Positions 53,171 through 63,832 of a stretch of 64,000 nt of DNA are shown here, in pieces. The DNA is from Rubrobacteraceae bacterium. Lineage in GTDB: Bacteria > Actinomycetota > Rubrobacteria > Rubrobacterales > Rubrobacteraceae. Location: contig JBHJHC010000021.1 of the NCBI GenBank assembly GCA_050331175.1, positions 7,206 to 71,205 on the forward strand, read 5' to 3'. Below the pieces are notes generated by a model. It made no database searches and was not told the origin of the DNA. It saw nothing but the letters and a program-made list of their open reading frames with translations. How positions within the stretch are numbered: position 1 is the first letter of the stretch; each line of letters begins with the position of its first letter. A program made the translations under genes and the position numbers.

Positions 53171-53773
53171 CTACCGGCTGTAGAACTCGATAATGAGCTG
53201 TTCTTCGACCGGGGTGTCTATCTCGTCCCGGCTCGGCGAGTGCAGCACCCGGCCGGTGAAGTTCTCGTGGTCGGCTTCGAGCCAGGCCGGCACGGCCACG
53301 ACGTTCTCGACGGCGTTGATTATGGGCACCAGCTGGCGGCTCTTCTCCCGGACCATGAGCACGTCTCCAGGCCGCATGACCGCCGAGGGGACGTCGTGCT
53401 TCTTGCCGTTGAGCAGGAAGTGTCCGTGAACCACGAGCTGCCGGGCCTGCGGCCGGCTGGTCGCGAACCCGAGCCGGTAGACCACGTTGTCGACCCGGAG
53501 CTCCATGAGCCGGAGGAGATTCTCGCCCGTAACGCCTGACATCCGGCTCGCCGTTTCGTAAGCGCGGCTGAACTGCTTCTCCGAAACCCCGTAATACCAG
53601 CGGGCCTTCTGTTTCTCCAGAAGCCGGATGCCGAACTCCGTCTGTTTCTGCCGTCCCCGGCCGTGTTCGCCGGGCGGGTAAGGCTTCTTCTCCAGCGGGT
53701 TCTTCCGCATCGAGGAGAGCATTACCCCGGCCCGCCGGTCCCGCCGGCCCCTGGGTCCTGTATAACGTGCCAC
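53171..53773 (-). CDS. rpsD: 30S ribosomal protein S4
   Basis: MARYTGP... and the S4 RNA-binding domain. Confidence 0.95.
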   Translation of the reverse strand: MARYTGPRGRRDRRAGVMLSSMRKNPLEKKPYPPGEHGRGRQKQTEFGIRLLEKQKARWYYGVSEKQFSRAYETASRMSGVTGENLLRLMELRVDNVVYRLGFATSRPQARQLVVHGHFLLNGKKHDVPSAVMRPGDVLMVREKSRQLVPIINAVENVVAVPAWLEADHENFTGRVLHSPSRDEIDTPVEEQLIIEFYSR

Positions 53774-53809
53774 TGCTCTTTGCTACCTCCTGATCTCTTC
53801 TGGCCCCGG

Positions 53810-54229
53810 CTAGCCCCGGCGCCGCTTGGGCGGCCGGCAGCCGTTGTGCGGCTGGCCCGTGACGTCTTTTATGGAGAGGACTTCGATACCCATCGCCTGG
53901 AAGGTCCTGGCGGCCATGTCCCGGCCGGAGCCGTGGCCTTTGACCTCTATGTCTACCCGCCGGACGCCCTGCTCCATGGCTTTGTTCGCGCAACTCTCCG
54001 CCGTCATCTGGGCGGCGTAGGGCGTGCTCTTGCGGCTGCCCTTGAAGCCCAACGCGCCGGCCGATTCCCAGGCTATCGTGTTGCCCTCCTGGTCGGAGAC
54101 GCTGACGATGGTGTTGTTGAACGAGCTCTTGATGTGCACCACGCCGGTCGAGATGTTCTTGCGGACCCGCCGGCGGGAGCGACTGGCCCCACGCCCGCGC
54201 TGGCCCCGCTGTTGCCTTTGACGCCCCAT
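53810..54229 (-). CDS. rpsK: 30S ribosomal protein S11
   Basis: [32 protein letters not shown]. Confidence 0.95.
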   Translation of the reverse strand: MGRQRQQRGQRGRGASRSRRRVRKNISTGVVHIKSSFNNTIVSVSDQEGNTIAWESAGALGFKGSRKSTPYAAQMTAESCANKAMEQGVRRVDIEVKGHGSGRDMAARTFQAMGIEVLSIKDVTGQPHNGCRPPKRRRG

Positions 54230-54601
54230 TTAACCCTTCTTTCTTCCGCCGATGGACGGCTTCGGACCCTTGCGCTGGCGCGCGTTGGTCTTGGTCCGTT
54301 GGCCGCGCACCGGGAGGCCCCGGCGATGCCGGATACCCCGGTAGCAGCCAATGTCTATCAGCCGCCGGATGTTCTGATTCGTCTCGCGCCGGAGGTCGCC
54401 CTCGACCTCCAGGTTCTCGTCGATGTAGGTCCGGATCTTGCTGACCTCCCCCTCGGCCAGGTCGCGGACTTTCGTGTCCCGATCCACCTCGGAGGCGTCA
54501 CAGATCTTCTTCGCCGTCGACCGGCCAACCCCGTAGATGTAGGTTAGCCCGACCTCGATCCTCTTCTCTCTCGGAAGGTCTACTCCCGCTATCCGCGCCA
54601 T
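54230..54601 (-). CDS. rpsM: 30S ribosomal protein S13
   Basis: [26 protein letters not shown]. Confidence 0.95.
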   Translation of the reverse strand: MARIAGVDLPREKRIEVGLTYIYGVGRSTAKKICDASEVDRDTKVRDLAEGEVSKIRTYIDENLEVEGDLRRETNQNIRRLIDIGCYRGIRHRRGLPVRGQRTKTNARQRKGPKPSIGGRKKG

Positions 54602-54602
54602 G

Positions 54603-54716
54603 CTATCCCTGCCTCTGCTTGTGTCGGGGGTTCGAGCAGATCACCCGCACCACGCCGCCGCGGCGGATGACCTTGCACCGCTCGCAGATCGGTTTCACGC
54701 TCGCTCGCACTTTCAC
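54603..54716 (-). CDS. rpmJ: 50S ribosomal protein L36 (Zn-ribbon form)
   Basis: Not in the ORF track because it is only 37 aa. Hand translation of the minus strand gives [37 protein letters not shown]. The GTG start follows AAGGAGAA. Confidence 0.9.
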   Translation of the reverse strand: MKVRASVKPICERCKVIRRGGVVRVICSNPRHKQRQG

Positions 54717-54735
54717 AACTTTCTCCTTCTTCCTA

Positions 54736-54957
54736 CTAGTTACGGAACCTGTAAGTGATCCGTCCCCGGCTCAAGTCATAGGGACTGAGCTCGACCTTGA
54801 CGCGATCTCCCGGCAGGATCCTGATGTAGTTCATCCGCATCTTGCCCGAGATGTGCGCCAAAACCTCGTGCCCGTTGTCCAACTCCACCCGGAACTGGGT
54901 GTTGGGCAACGCCTCGTTTACAATGCCCTCTACCTCTATGACGTCTTCTTTAGCCAA
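54736..54957 (-). CDS. infA: Translation initiation factor IF-1
   Basis: [36 protein letters not shown] start after GAGGAGG. Confidence 0.95.
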   Translation of the reverse strand: MAKEDVIEVEGIVNEALPNTQFRVELDNGHEVLAHISGKMRMNYIRILPGDRVKVELSPYDLSRGRITYRFRN

Positions 54958-55029
54958 GGACCTCCTCAGTCTTCTTCGGGAACGTTACAAGGTGGCTGAA
55001 GCCATGGCTGAAGCCAAACGAATATCTTA

Positions 55030-55827
55030 TCACGCAACGCCCGTTTCTCCCAGCGCCGGCTCGCCTTCCGTGAGGATCCACGGGCCGCCTTCGGTAACGG
55101 CCACGGTATGTTCGTAGTGGGCGGCGAGGGAGTAATCCGCAGTGAAGATGGACCAGCTGTCCCACTCGCTAATGCGGATGTCGTAGCTTCCTAGCGTGAT
55201 CATTGGCTCTATCGCGAAGACCATTCCCGGTTGCAACCGGACCCCGGTGCGGGGCTCGCCGTAGTTGGGGATCTGGGGGTCTTCGTGCATCTTGCGCCCC
55301 ACACCGTGGGATACGAGATCCCGGACCACCCCGTACCCCGCGGGTTCGGCGACGGATTGAATCGCGTGTCCCACGTCTCCGAGCCGCTTGCCGGGCCGCA
55401 TCTGGTCCGTGGCCGCGGCCAGGCACCGCTTTGTGGTGGCGAGCAGCTTCCGGGTATCTTCCGGTATCTCCCCAACGGGAACGGTTACGGCGCTGTCGGT
55501 AACGAAGCCTTCGTAGCGGACGCCCACGTCCAGAGAGATGATGTCTCCCTCCTTCAGACGGTAGGCGCCGGGGATACCGTGCACGATCATGGCGTTCGGC
55601 GAGGCGCAGATGGAGCCGGGAAAGTCCGGCGCGCCGGGAGACCCGGGATATCCTTTGAACTCCGGCGTACCGCCCCGGCCCCGGATAAACTCTTCGGCCA
55701 GGAGATCCAGCTCCCGCGTCGTAACACCGGGCCGGGCGTTCTCGGAGAGCAGGCCCAGGCAGGCGGCGGTTATGCGGCCACCCTCGCGCATCGCTTCCAG
55801 CTCGCCGCGGCTCTTGCGGACGATCAC
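55030..55827 (-). CDS. map: Type I methionine aminopeptidase
   Basis: Metal-ligand blocks are present: ISLDVGV, HGVGRKMHE, FAIEPM and EHTV. Confidence 0.9.
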   Translation of the reverse strand: MIVRKSRGELEAMREGGRITAACLGLLSENARPGVTTRELDLLAEEFIRGRGGTPEFKGYPGSPGAPDFPGSICASPNAMIVHGIPGAYRLKEGDIISLDVGVRYEGFVTDSAVTVPVGEIPEDTRKLLATTKRCLAAATDQMRPGKRLGDVGHAIQSVAEPAGYGVVRDLVSHGVGRKMHEDPQIPNYGEPRTGVRLQPGMVFAIEPMITLGSYDIRISEWDSWSIFTADYSLAAHYEHTVAVTEGGPWILTEGEPALGETGVA

Positions 55828-55830
55828 TTT

Positions 55831-56469
55831 CTAAGAAGCCTTTCCACTCAGGGCCGCCATGGCATCTTCCGTTACCTCCGGGATGTCCTGGGTGGCGTCG
55901 ACACCCACCAGGATGTTCCTCTCGGAGTAGTAGTCCTTCAGAGGCTCGGTCTGTTCGTGGTAGATCTCCAACCGGCGCCGGATAGATTCTTCCTGGTCGT
56001 CTTCCCGCTGGACGAACGGGCCGGGGTCTTCCTCGCTATCTTCCGGCGGCGGATCGTGCTCGACGTGGTAGATGTTGCCGGTAGCTTCGCTCTGCCGGCG
56101 CCCCGAGAGGCGCTTTACGAGCTCCTCGTCCGGCGCTTCGAGCACGATAGCGGCATCCAGTTCCATGCCGGATTCGCCGAGGGCCTCGTCGAGGGCTTCG
56201 GCCTGGGCCTCGTTGCGCGGAAAACCATCCAGAAGCCAGGAGTCGTTTTGCTCCAGGTAAGGCATCGTCATCTCGATAATTATCTCGTCGGGGACCAACT
56301 CCCCGCGGTCGTTGTAGTCCTTGATCCGCTCGCCAAGCTCGGAGCCGGACTTGATCTCCGCCCGCACCAAATCGCCGGTGGCGATGTGTTCCGCGCCGGT
56401 TTCCTCCGAGATCCTCTGTGCCTGGGTTCCCTTTCCCGCCCCCTGGGGGCCGAGTATTACCACTCTCAT
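55831..56469 (-). CDS. adk: Adenylate kinase
   Basis: P-loop GPQGAGKGTQ and GDLVR; short-lid form. Confidence 0.95.
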   Translation of the reverse strand: MRVVILGPQGAGKGTQAQRISEETGAEHIATGDLVRAEIKSGSELGERIKDYNDRGELVPDEIIIEMTMPYLEQNDSWLLDGFPRNEAQAEALDEALGESGMELDAAIVLEAPDEELVKRLSGRRQSEATGNIYHVEHDPPPEDSEEDPGPFVQREDDQEESIRRRLEIYHEQTEPLKDYYSERNILVGVDATQDIPEVTEDAMAALSGKAS

Positions 56470-56474
56470 ACCCT

Positions 56475-57761
56475 TTATCTCCCTTTCCTCAGGAATCCTT
56501 CGTAATTGCGCATCATCAGCTGGCTTTCCAGCTGGCGCACCGTATCCAACGAAACACCGACCACGATCAGGATCGAAGTACCACCGATGTAGATGGTGGA
56601 AGGCAGCCCGAGAGCCGGCGTTATGAGATACGGCACCACCGCCACCGCCGCCAGGAAGATCGCGCCGAACAACGTGATCCTGGTCAACACCAGGTTCAGG
56701 TACTCCGCCGTCGGCCGCCCCGGACGGTAGCCCGGCACGTAGCCGCCGCTCTTTTTCAGGTTCTCCGCGTGATCCACGGGATTAAACTGCACGGCGGTGT
56801 AGAAGTACGTGAACATCACGATCAGCAGCGCGTACGGAACTATGTACGCCAGGCTCCCCGGCTGGAAAAACGACGCCGTCTGGGCCAGAAACGAATCTGG
56901 GTTTCCGCCGGCCATCTGCCCCAGAACCACCGGGAAGATCATGAGCGAAGAGGCGAAGATGATCGGGATGACGCCCGCCATATTCACCTTGAGCGGCAGG
57001 TACGTCGAGCCGCCCTGGCTCATCTTGCGGCCGACCTGGCGGCGGGCGTAGGTGATCGGGATGCGCCGCTGGCCCTCGTTCACGAAGACGATGGCCGCCA
57101 CGATACCCAGCGTGAGGATACCGAGCACCACGAGAACCAGGATGTCGGCATTCCGCCACAGTAGCTGCAATGCAGCCGGAGCCTGCGAGATGATCGAGGC
57201 CGTAATAATGAGCGAGATACCGTTGCCCAGGCCCCGCTGGGAGATCTGCTCCCCCATCCACATGATAAGCATTACCCCGGTCGTTAGGGTGATGATGATG
57301 AGAAACAGGTCTATCGCCGTCGCGCCGGAGAGTGCCGCGCCAAACGCGTCCGACCTGGTAAAGAAGAGGGCCATCGCGATGGACTGGATGAACGCCAGCA
57401 CCAGGGTGAAGTACCGGGTGTACTGCGTTATCTTCGCCTGGCCGGTTTCTCCTTCGCGGGCCAGCTGCTGCAGGCGCGGTATCGCCACCGTCATGAGGTT
57501 CATGACGATGGCCGCCGTGATGTACGGCATGATGCCCAGCGAGAAGACCGCGAGGTTGTTGAACGCCCCGCCGGTAAACACCCCGAACAGCTGGGTTACG
57601 GAGCTTTCGGTGTTCACCCCGCCCTGGGCCAGAATCTCGGCGTTGACGCCCGGCAGGGGTACGAAAGCCCCGAGCCGGTACAGCGCGATGATCGCCGCCG
57701 TAAACAGCAGCTTCTGGCGCAGGTCCGGTACGCGCCAGGCATTTGCGAGGGCTTCTAACAT
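56475..57761 (-). CDS. secY: Preprotein translocase subunit SecY
   Basis: 10-TM protein with SecY signatures, located in the spc operon. Confidence 0.95.
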   Translation of the reverse strand: MLEALANAWRVPDLRQKLLFTAAIIALYRLGAFVPLPGVNAEILAQGGVNTESSVTQLFGVFTGGAFNNLAVFSLGIMPYITAAIVMNLMTVAIPRLQQLAREGETGQAKITQYTRYFTLVLAFIQSIAMALFFTRSDAFGAALSGATAIDLFLIIITLTTGVMLIMWMGEQISQRGLGNGISLIITASIISQAPAALQLLWRNADILVLVVLGILTLGIVAAIVFVNEGQRRIPITYARRQVGRKMSQGGSTYLPLKVNMAGVIPIIFASSLMIFPVVLGQMAGGNPDSFLAQTASFFQPGSLAYIVPYALLIVMFTYFYTAVQFNPVDHAENLKKSGGYVPGYRPGRPTAEYLNLVLTRITLFGAIFLAAVAVVPYLITPALGLPSTIYIGGTSILIVVGVSLDTVRQLESQLMMRNYEGFLRKGR

Positions 57762-57764
57762 TAC

Positions 57765-58226
57765 CTATCGCTCCAGTATCTCGATGCTCCCGCCGGCAGC
57801 TTCTATCTTGTCCTTCGCCGTCCGGCTAAAAGCGTGGGCTTTGGCCGTTAGGGGACGTCCGATCTCCCCGTCGCCGAGGATCTTGATCAGCCCCGCTTTC
57901 TTCCTCACCAAACCCGCGCCCCGCAACTCTTCCGGCCCTATGGTATCACCGGAAACTCTTTCGAGGTCGCTCAGGTTTACCGGGGCGTACACGGTCGGCC
58001 GGGCCACCGTGTGCCGGCCCCGGGCCTCGCCTTTAAGGCGCGGCAGCCGCCGCTGGAGCGGCATCTGCCCACCCTCGTAGCCCATGAAAGCCGAGGCTCC
58101 CGAGCGGGACTTGGCCCCCTTGTGGCCGCGCCCGCTGGTCTTGCCCTGTCCCGAACCCGTACCGCGTCCGACGCGCTTGCGCGCCTTTTTCGAGCCGGGA
58201 ACCGGGGAAAGCTCGTTAAGTCTCAC
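57765..58226 (-). CDS. rplO: 50S ribosomal protein L15
   Basis: MRLNELSP.PGSKK..KRVGRG.GSG.GKTSGRGHKG. Confidence 0.9.
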   Translation of the reverse strand: MRLNELSPVPGSKKARKRVGRGTGSGQGKTSGRGHKGAKSRSGASAFMGYEGGQMPLQRRLPRLKGEARGRHTVARPTVYAPVNLSDLERVSGDTIGPEELRGAGLVRKKAGLIKILGDGEIGRPLTAKAHAFSRTAKDKIEAAGGSIEILER

Positions 58227-58417
58227 TACTCTTCAACCTCCTCGACGCGGACCAGGTGGCGCACGTTCTGGACCATGCCCCGGATCTGGGGCGTATCCTG
58301 GTGGACCCGCGAATCCCGGATGCGCTTCAGACCCAACGCCCGCACCGTCTTCTTGTGGTTCCCGAGGGAACCGATAACGCTCTTGACCTGCGTGACCTTC
58401 AGTTTCGCCGGGCTCAT
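58226..58417 (-). CDS. rpmD: 50S ribosomal protein L30
   Basis: [11 protein letters not shown]....K.TVRALGL..I. Confidence 0.9.
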   Translation of the reverse strand: MSPAKLKVTQVKSVIGSLGNHKKTVRALGLKRIRDSRVHQDTPQIRGMVQNVRHLVRVEEVEE

Positions 58418-58950
58418 GAGGTGATCTTCACCCCCCGCAACTGTTCGATGTCGGCCTTCGACCGGAGCTGCTTGAGGCCCTGCTCGGTAGCCTTCACCAG
58501 GTTTACCGAGGTGGTAGAACCCAGCGCTTTCGTCAAGACGTCCTTGATACCGGCCAGCTCCAGCACCGCCCGGACGCCACCGCCGGCGATAACCCCCGTA
58601 CCTTCGGACGCGGGCTTGAGCATTACCTCGGAGCTCTCGAACTTGCCCACTACGGCGTGCGGGATGGTGGTGTTCCGCATCGGCACCTGAAACATCGCGT
58701 GCCGGGCCTTTTCCTGGCCCTTGGCTATCGCCGCCGGCACCCCGTTGGCTTTGCCCAGGCCCACGCCGACGCGGCCTTTGCCGTCACCGACGACTACCAG
58801 GGCGCTGAAGTTAAAGCGCCGGCCGCCCTTGACGACCTTCGAGACCCGCCGGATCTCTACTACCCGGTCCTGGAACTCCGAGTCCCGCTCGCGCTGGCGG
58901 CGTCCACCACGCCCGCCGCCTCCTCTGTTATCGCTCCTTGGACGACCCAA
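58414..58950 (-). CDS. rpsE: 30S ribosomal protein S5
   Basis: [32 protein letters not shown], with an Arg/Gly-rich N-terminal tail. Confidence 0.95.
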   Translation of the reverse strand: MGRPRSDNRGGGGRGGRRQRERDSEFQDRVVEIRRVSKVVKGGRRFNFSALVVVGDGKGRVGVGLGKANGVPAAIAKGQEKARHAMFQVPMRNTTIPHAVVGKFESSEVMLKPASEGTGVIAGGGVRAVLELAGIKDVLTKALGSTTSVNLVKATEQGLKQLRSKADIEQLRGVKITS

Positions 58951-58968
58951 GATCTGACCTCCTAATCC

Positions 58969-59319
58969 TTAAAACTCTAATCCGCCGGAGCGCGCGCCCT
59001 CGGCGAGCGCGGCCACCCGGCCGTGATACCGGTTGCCGCCCCGGTCAAAGACGATTTCCTCTACGCCGGCCTCCTTCGCCCGCTCGGCGACGAGCTCGCC
59101 AACCCGCCGGGCGGCTTCGACCCGGTTCTCCGCGCCGCCAGCCTCCCGGGAGTCGACGGCGGCCAGCGTGTGGCCCTCGTCATCATCTATAAGCTGGGCG
59201 TAGATGTGTACGTTCGAGCGGTACACCGAGAGCCGGGGACGCTCCGCCGTGCCGTAGATCCGGCGCCGGACCCGCTTCCGCCGCTTCTCGCGGTGCGCTC
59301 TTTTCTGCAAAAGTGCCAT
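58969..59319 (-). CDS. rplR: 50S ribosomal protein L18
   Basis: [19 protein letters not shown]...FDRGG..YHGRV.ALAEGAR..GL.F. Confidence 0.9.
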   Translation of the reverse strand: MALLQKRAHREKRRKRVRRRIYGTAERPRLSVYRSNVHIYAQLIDDDEGHTLAAVDSREAGGAENRVEAARRVGELVAERAKEAGVEEIVFDRGGNRYHGRVAALAEGARSGGLEF

Positions 59320-59348
59320 TTACAAACCTTCCTGAGTTCTCTGGTCCG

Positions 59349-59882
59349 CTAGCCGGCCTTGCCGACCTTGCGCCGTATCTGCTCGTCCGCGTAGCGGATA
59401 CCCTTGCCCTTGTACGGCTCCGGCGGACGAACTTTCCGGATCTCCGCCGCCGTCTGGCCGACCCGCTGCTTGTCTATTCCCCGCACGATGATCGTCGTCG
59501 GGGCCGGGACCTCGAACTCTATCCCTTCCCGCGGCGAGATCGAGACCGGGTGCGAGTAACCGACCTGCAGGTTTATGTCCTGCCCCTGCAGGGCCGCCCG
59601 GTAGCCGACGCCCGCTATCTGGAGCGTCCGGCTGAAGCCATCCTTTACGCCCGTAACGGCGTTCTGCACGAGAGAGCGGGTAAGCCCGTGCATGGACTTG
59701 TGCTCCGGGGATTCCGAAGCCCGTTCCAGCACGATAGTCCCGTCTTCCTGCTTTACCTCGACGCCTTTGCCGACGGGAACTTCCAGCTCGCCCTTCGGAC
59801 CGCTCACCTTTACGGTGCGGCCCGTGATCTCTACCTGTACGCCACCCGGTACTTCGACCGGAGCTTTACCAATTCTCGACAT
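59349..59882 (-). CDS. rplF: 50S ribosomal protein L6
   Basis: MSRIGK.P...P.GV.V......V.V.GPKGEL. Confidence 0.95.
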   Translation of the reverse strand: MSRIGKAPVEVPGGVQVEITGRTVKVSGPKGELEVPVGKGVEVKQEDGTIVLERASESPEHKSMHGLTRSLVQNAVTGVKDGFSRTLQIAGVGYRAALQGQDINLQVGYSHPVSISPREGIEFEVPAPTTIIVRGIDKQRVGQTAAEIRKVRPPEPYKGKGIRYADEQIRRKVGKAG

Positions 59883-59898
59883 AGTGCCTCAATCCTCC

Positions 59899-60297
59899 CT
59901 AATACACGAAGCAGAGGACTTCGCCGCCGACGCCCTGTCTGCGGGCCGTGTGGTCGGTGAGTATCCCCCGCGAGGTCGAGAGTATCGCCACGCCGAGCCC
60001 GTCGAGCACCCGGGGAATGTCCGACTGCTTGCGGTAGACCCGCCGGCCGGGGCGGCTCATGCGCCGCATGCCGGTGATGGCGCGCTGTCCATCGGGGCCG
60101 TACTTCAGCTCTATGATGAGCTTCGCCTCTGCCCCGGAGCCCCGCTCGGTGTAGTCCTCGATGTAGCCTTCCTCCTTCAGGATGCGGGCCAGGTTGGCCT
60201 TCATCCGGGAGTTGGGAATCTCGACCGTCTTGTGCTTGGCCATGCCCGCGTTGCGGATGCGGGTCAGGAAATCTGCTATAGGATCGTTTACCGACAT
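59899..60297 (-). CDS. rpsH: 30S ribosomal protein S8
   Basis: [13 protein letters not shown]......V.IP.S..K..LA.IL..EGYI. Confidence 0.95.
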   Translation of the reverse strand: MSVNDPIADFLTRIRNAGMAKHKTVEIPNSRMKANLARILKEEGYIEDYTERGSGAEAKLIIELKYGPDGQRAITGMRRMSRPGRRVYRKQSDIPRVLDGLGVAILSTSRGILTDHTARRQGVGGEVLCFVY

Positions 60298-60304
60298 GCT
60301 ATAC

Positions 60305-60490
60305 CTACCAACTCGCTTTCGTTACGCCGGGGATCTTGCCTTCGTGAGCCAGCTCCCGCAGGCAGATCCGGCACAGGCCGAACTTCCTGTAATAGCCGTG
60401 CGCCCGTCCACACTTCTGGCAGCGGTTGTACTCTCGGGTGGAATACTTCTGCTTCTTTTTCTGCTTCTCCAGCAGCGCTTTCCTGCTCAT
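60305..60490 (-). CDS. rpsZ: 30S ribosomal protein S14 type Z (Zn-binding)
   Basis: 61 aa: [61 protein letters not shown], with a CxxC...CxxC motif. The longer track ORF is an upstream extension. Confidence 0.9.
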   Translation of the reverse strand: MSRKALLEKQKKKQKYSTREYNRCQKCGRAHGYYRKFGLCRICLRELAHEGKIPGVTKASW

Positions 60491-60501
60491 CTCAAACTCT
60501 C

Positions 60502-61044
60502 CTAGTTCTGGCGGAAGGGCATCCCGAGCTGCCGCAGCAGCTCCCGGGCCTCGTCGTCGGTCTCCGCGGTGGTCACGATCGCGACGTCCAGACCCCGCGT
60601 GGCGTCGATGGAATCGTAAGAAACCTCCGGGAAGATCAGCTGCTCCCGGACGCCGAGCGCGAAGTTGCCCCGGCCGTCGAAGGAGCGGGGGCTTATGCCC
60701 CGGAAGTCCCTCACCCGTGGGAGGGCCACGGAGATCAGGCGATCCAAGAACTCCCACATCCGCTCCCCGCGCAGGGTAACCCGCGCGCCGACCGGCATGC
60801 CGTCCCGGATCTTGAACCCCGCGATGCTCTTGCGGGCCCGCCGCACCTGGGCTTTCTGGCCGGTGATTTTGGCGAGGTCTTCCAGGGCCCCGTCGAGGGC
60901 CTTGCTGTTCTGCACGGCCTCCCCGACGCCCATGTTTACCACGATCTTCTCGATTTTGGGCACCCGCATGGAGTTCTCTATCCCGAACTGGTCCTTGATC
61001 GCCGGGGCGACCTCCGCGAGATACCGCTCTTTTAGTCTAGCCAT
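60502..61044 (-). CDS. rplE: 50S ribosomal protein L5
   Basis: MARLKERY...[13 protein letters not shown]. Confidence 0.95.
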   Translation of the reverse strand: MARLKERYLAEVAPAIKDQFGIENSMRVPKIEKIVVNMGVGEAVQNSKALDGALEDLAKITGQKAQVRRARKSIAGFKIRDGMPVGARVTLRGERMWEFLDRLISVALPRVRDFRGISPRSFDGRGNFALGVREQLIFPEVSYDSIDATRGLDVAIVTTAETDDEARELLRQLGMPFRQN

Positions 61045-61354
61045 CTATGTCCTCCCCGGTCTTCTTGCTTACCCGGAGCTTCTCGCCCGATTCCGTAAAG
61101 CGGTGCCCCACGCGGGTCGGCTCGCCGGAGGTCGGGTCCACGACCATCAGGTTCGAGGCGTGCATCGGGGCCTCGAACGTGTAGAGTCCCTGCTGGTTGT
61201 TCTGGCTCGGCCGGGCGTGCTTGGTCCGGACGTTAACGCCGCCCACGACTACCCGGTTCTCCCTCGGCAGTACCCGCTCGACCTCGCCGCGCTTGCCTTT
61301 CTCCTTGCCGGAGATCACCTGCACGGTATCGCCGCGCTTTATCTTCAAACCCAT
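61037..61354 (-). CDS. rplX: 50S ribosomal protein L24
   Basis: [24 protein letters not shown] motif. Confidence 0.9.
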   Translation of the reverse strand: MGLKIKRGDTVQVISGKEKGKRGEVERVLPRENRVVVGGVNVRTKHARPSQNNQQGLYTFEAPMHASNLMVVDPTSGEPTRVGHRFTESGEKLRVSKKTGEDIDG

Positions 61355-61723
61355 CTACAACACCTCCGGGGCCAGCGATATGATCCTGGTGTAACCCTTG
61401 TCCCGGAGCTCCCGCGCGACGGGACCGAAAATCCGGGTCCCGCGCGGGGCGCCGTCCTGGTTGATCACCACGCCCGCGTTCTCGCCAAACCGTATGTACG
61501 AACCATCGTTCCGGCGGGTTTCCTTGGCCGTGCGCACCACTACGGCCCGGACGACCTCGCCCTTGCGAACGCCGCCGCCCGGCGTCGCCTCCTTGACGGA
61601 GGCCACGACCACGTCTCCGACACCGGCGCTGCGCCGCTTGCTGCCACCGAGAACCCGGATGGTCAGCAGGCTCCGGGCGCCGGAGTTATCCGCTACCCTT
61701 AGTTTCGTCTCCTGCTGGATCAC
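61355..61723 (-). CDS. rplN: 50S ribosomal protein L14
   Basis: [17 protein letters not shown]....IRVLGGS. Confidence 0.95.
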   Translation of the reverse strand: MIQQETKLRVADNSGARSLLTIRVLGGSKRRSAGVGDVVVASVKEATPGGGVRKGEVVRAVVVRTAKETRRNDGSYIRFGENAGVVINQDGAPRGTRIFGPVARELRDKGYTRIISLAPEVL

Positions 61724-62160
61724 TACTCGGCCCTCGATATGACGTTCGCCAGCCGCCAGTGCTTGCGGCGCGAGATCGGTCGGGTCTCGATTATCCGCAC
61801 GGTGTCGCCCAAGCGGGCGTCGTTCTGCTCGTCGTGAACGAGGAACTTCTTTGAGCTCCGCACGCGCTTCTTGTAGAGCGGATGGCGCACCAACGTCTCT
61901 ACCGAGACGGTTACCGTCTTCTCCGGCGCGTCCGAGACGACCATCCCGACCCGCTCCTTGCGCGTACCGCGGGTGGAGTCGGTCTGGACCCGGCCCTCGT
62001 CGAGGTCTACCCTCGTCGCCTGGCTCGCTACGGGCTCTTCGGCAACCTCCGCTTCGAGGACTTCCTCCAAAGGTTCTTCTTCGGTAGGCTCCCCGGCGGG
62101 GCCTTCAGTAGGCTCTTGCTCTTCCGGGAGCCCCTGGTTCTCTGTTTTTTCCTCCGCCAT
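61723..62160 (-). CDS. rpsQ: 30S ribosomal protein S17 with an acidic N-terminal extension of about 60 aa
   Basis: The C-terminal 80 aa are canonical S17 ([44 protein letters not shown]). The ATG at 62160 abuts the L29 stop and follows AGGAGAGG. Confidence 0.85.
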   Translation of the reverse strand: MAEEKTENQGLPEEQEPTEGPAGEPTEEEPLEEVLEAEVAEEPVASQATRVDLDEGRVQTDSTRGTRKERVGMVVSDAPEKTVTVSVETLVRHPLYKKRVRSSKKFLVHDEQNDARLGDTVRIIETRPISRRKHWRLANVISRAE

Positions 62161-62355
62161 TTACCTCTCCTGCTGTTTCTGGTTCATCACGGTCAGGATG
62201 CGGGCGATGTTCTTCCGCACCTCTTTTAGCTGCCCCGTGTTATCCAACTGTCCGGTGGCGTGCTGGAAGCGCAGGTTGAAGAGCTCCCGCCGCGTTTCGG
62301 CGAGGCGCCGCTCCAACTCCTCCACGTCCAACTCGCGAACCTCGGCCGCCTTCAC
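62161..62355 (-). CDS. rpmC: 50S ribosomal protein L29
   Basis: MKAAEVRELDVEELERRLAETRRELFNLRFQ. Confidence 0.9.
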   Translation of the reverse strand: MKAAEVRELDVEELERRLAETRRELFNLRFQHATGQLDNTGQLKEVRKNIARILTVMNQKQQER

Positions 62356-62771
62356 TACTGAACACCTCCCCGAACGATAATGCGCGTCTGGATGGGGAGC
62401 TTCTGGGCGGCGAGCCGCATGGCCTCGCGCGCCAGCTCCTCGTTTACGCCGCTCATCTCGAACATCACGCGTCCCGGCTTTACCACGGCCACGTAGTCCT
62501 CGGGGGTGCCTTTGCCGCTGCCCATCCGGGTCTCGGCGGGCTTCTTGGTCACGGGCTTGTGGGGAAAGATGTTGATCCAGACCTTTCCTCCGCGCTTGAT
62601 CTTCCGGGTCATCGCGATCCGGGCCGCCTCTATCTGGCGGTTGGTGATCCAGGCCGGCTCCAACGCTTGCAAGCCGTACTCCCCGAAGTGGACGTCGGTG
62701 CCGCCTTTGGCCTGGCCCCGCATCCGGCCCCGGTGGGGCTTGCGGTACTTGAGTTTCTTGGGTACGAGCAT
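62355..62771 (-). CDS. rplP: 50S ribosomal protein L16
   Basis: [22 protein letters not shown]. The ATG at 62771 lies just after the S3 stop; the track start at 62801 overlaps rpsC. Confidence 0.9.
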   Translation of the reverse strand: MLVPKKLKYRKPHRGRMRGQAKGGTDVHFGEYGLQALEPAWITNRQIEAARIAMTRKIKRGGKVWINIFPHKPVTKKPAETRMGSGKGTPEDYVAVVKPGRVMFEMSGVNEELAREAMRLAAQKLPIQTRIIVRGGVQ

Positions 62772-62772
62772 C

Positions 62773-63441
62773 TTAAACCTTGCCCTCCAGGTCTTCGTCA
62801 CTGTGGATCCCGTGGTTGATCCAGACCTTGACCCCGATCTGGCCCATCTGGGTCTTCGCCTCCCGGAAGCCGTAGTCTATGTCAGCGTCCAGGGTGTGCA
62901 GCGGAACCCGGCCCTCGGAGATGGTCTCTTCCCGGCTCATCTCGATACCACCGAGCCGGCCCCCGCACCGGATCCGGCATCCCTCGGCCCCGCTCCTCAT
63001 GGCGCTGGTCATCGCCCGCCGCATGGTGCGGCGGAACGCGGCCCGGCCTTCGAGTTGCTCGGCGATGGACTCGGCCACCAGCGCGGCGTTGAGCTCCGGC
63101 CGCGATACCTCGCGCACGTTGACCTGCACTTTCTTGCCGGTCAGGCGCTCCAGATCGCCGCGGAGCGCGTCGACCTCGCTGCCGCCCTTGCCGATCACGA
63201 TGCCGGGACGGGCGGTGTGGATGTCCACGACGACTTCGCCCTGCTCGGCGGCCTTGCGAATCTCGATGTTCGCTATGCCGGCCCGGTTGCTCTTCTTCTC
63301 GATGTGCTCCCGGATCTTGAGATCCTCGCCGAGCAATTCGGCGTAGTCCCTCTCGGAATACCAACTGCTCTTGAAATCTACTTTCTCGCCCTTGCGCCGT
63401 ACGCCGAGGCGGAAGCCTTCCGGGTGTACTTTCTGGCCCAT
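62773..63441 (-). CDS. rpsC: 30S ribosomal protein S3
   Basis: [14 protein letters not shown]...KH domain...[10 protein letters not shown]. Confidence 0.95.
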   Translation of the reverse strand: MGQKVHPEGFRLGVRRKGEKVDFKSSWYSERDYAELLGEDLKIREHIEKKSNRAGIANIEIRKAAEQGEVVVDIHTARPGIVIGKGGSEVDALRGDLERLTGKKVQVNVREVSRPELNAALVAESIAEQLEGRAAFRRTMRRAMTSAMRSGAEGCRIRCGGRLGGIEMSREETISEGRVPLHTLDADIDYGFREAKTQMGQIGVKVWINHGIHSDEDLEGKV

Positions 63442-63442
63442 G

Positions 63443-63832
63443 CTACTCCTCTTCCTCCTCGTCTCCGGGCGTGTCTACGTTAGCGGTAATCGCCGCCAGG
63501 CTCTCCGGGACCGCGCCCAGCTCGACCGTTATGTGGCTGGTCCGCTTCCGGATCATGGTCGCCCGGCCCATGGCCCGCGCCCGGTAGCGCTTGATGGTCG
63601 GGCCGTCGTCCACCCGGATCTCCCGGACGAACAGGTCTTCCGGGGAGATGTCGAAGTTGTTCTCCGCGTTCGAGGCGGCGCTGTTTATAACGTCTCCGAC
63701 CAGCCCGGCGGCCCGCTTGTTGGTGAACTGGAGCGTGCTCAAGGCGTCGGCGTAGTCCTTACCGCGAACCTCGTCGGCCACGAGCCGCGCCTTGCGCGGC
63801 GCGATGCGGATGTACTTTGCCACGGCTCGCAT
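63443..63832 (-). CDS. rplV: 50S ribosomal protein L22
   Basis: [22 protein letters not shown]....A...L.FT.K, with an acidic C-terminal tail. Confidence 0.9.
   Translation of the reverse strand: MRAVAKYIRIAPRKARLVADEVRGKDYADALSTLQFTNKRAAGLVGDVINSAASNAENNFDISPEDLFVREIRVDDGPTIKRYRARAMGRATMIRKRTSHITVELGAVPESLAAITANVDTPGDEEEEE

Noticed and set aside
54994-55015. GGCTGAAGCC-AT-GGCTGAAGCC direct repeat with an embedded AGCCATGGCT palindrome in the map-infA spacer.
   Set aside because: It is too short and weak to call a terminator, attenuator or protein site. The possible stems are 3-4 bp.
55231-56505. Long plus-strand ORFs antisense to the ribosomal and secY operons (55231-56505, 56418-57164, 57052-58080, 59692-61035, 60665-61702, 62506-63483).
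   Set aside because: Each overlaps universally conserved ribosomal, SecY, Adk or Map genes on the other strand and has biased Arg/Pro/Gly/His composition.
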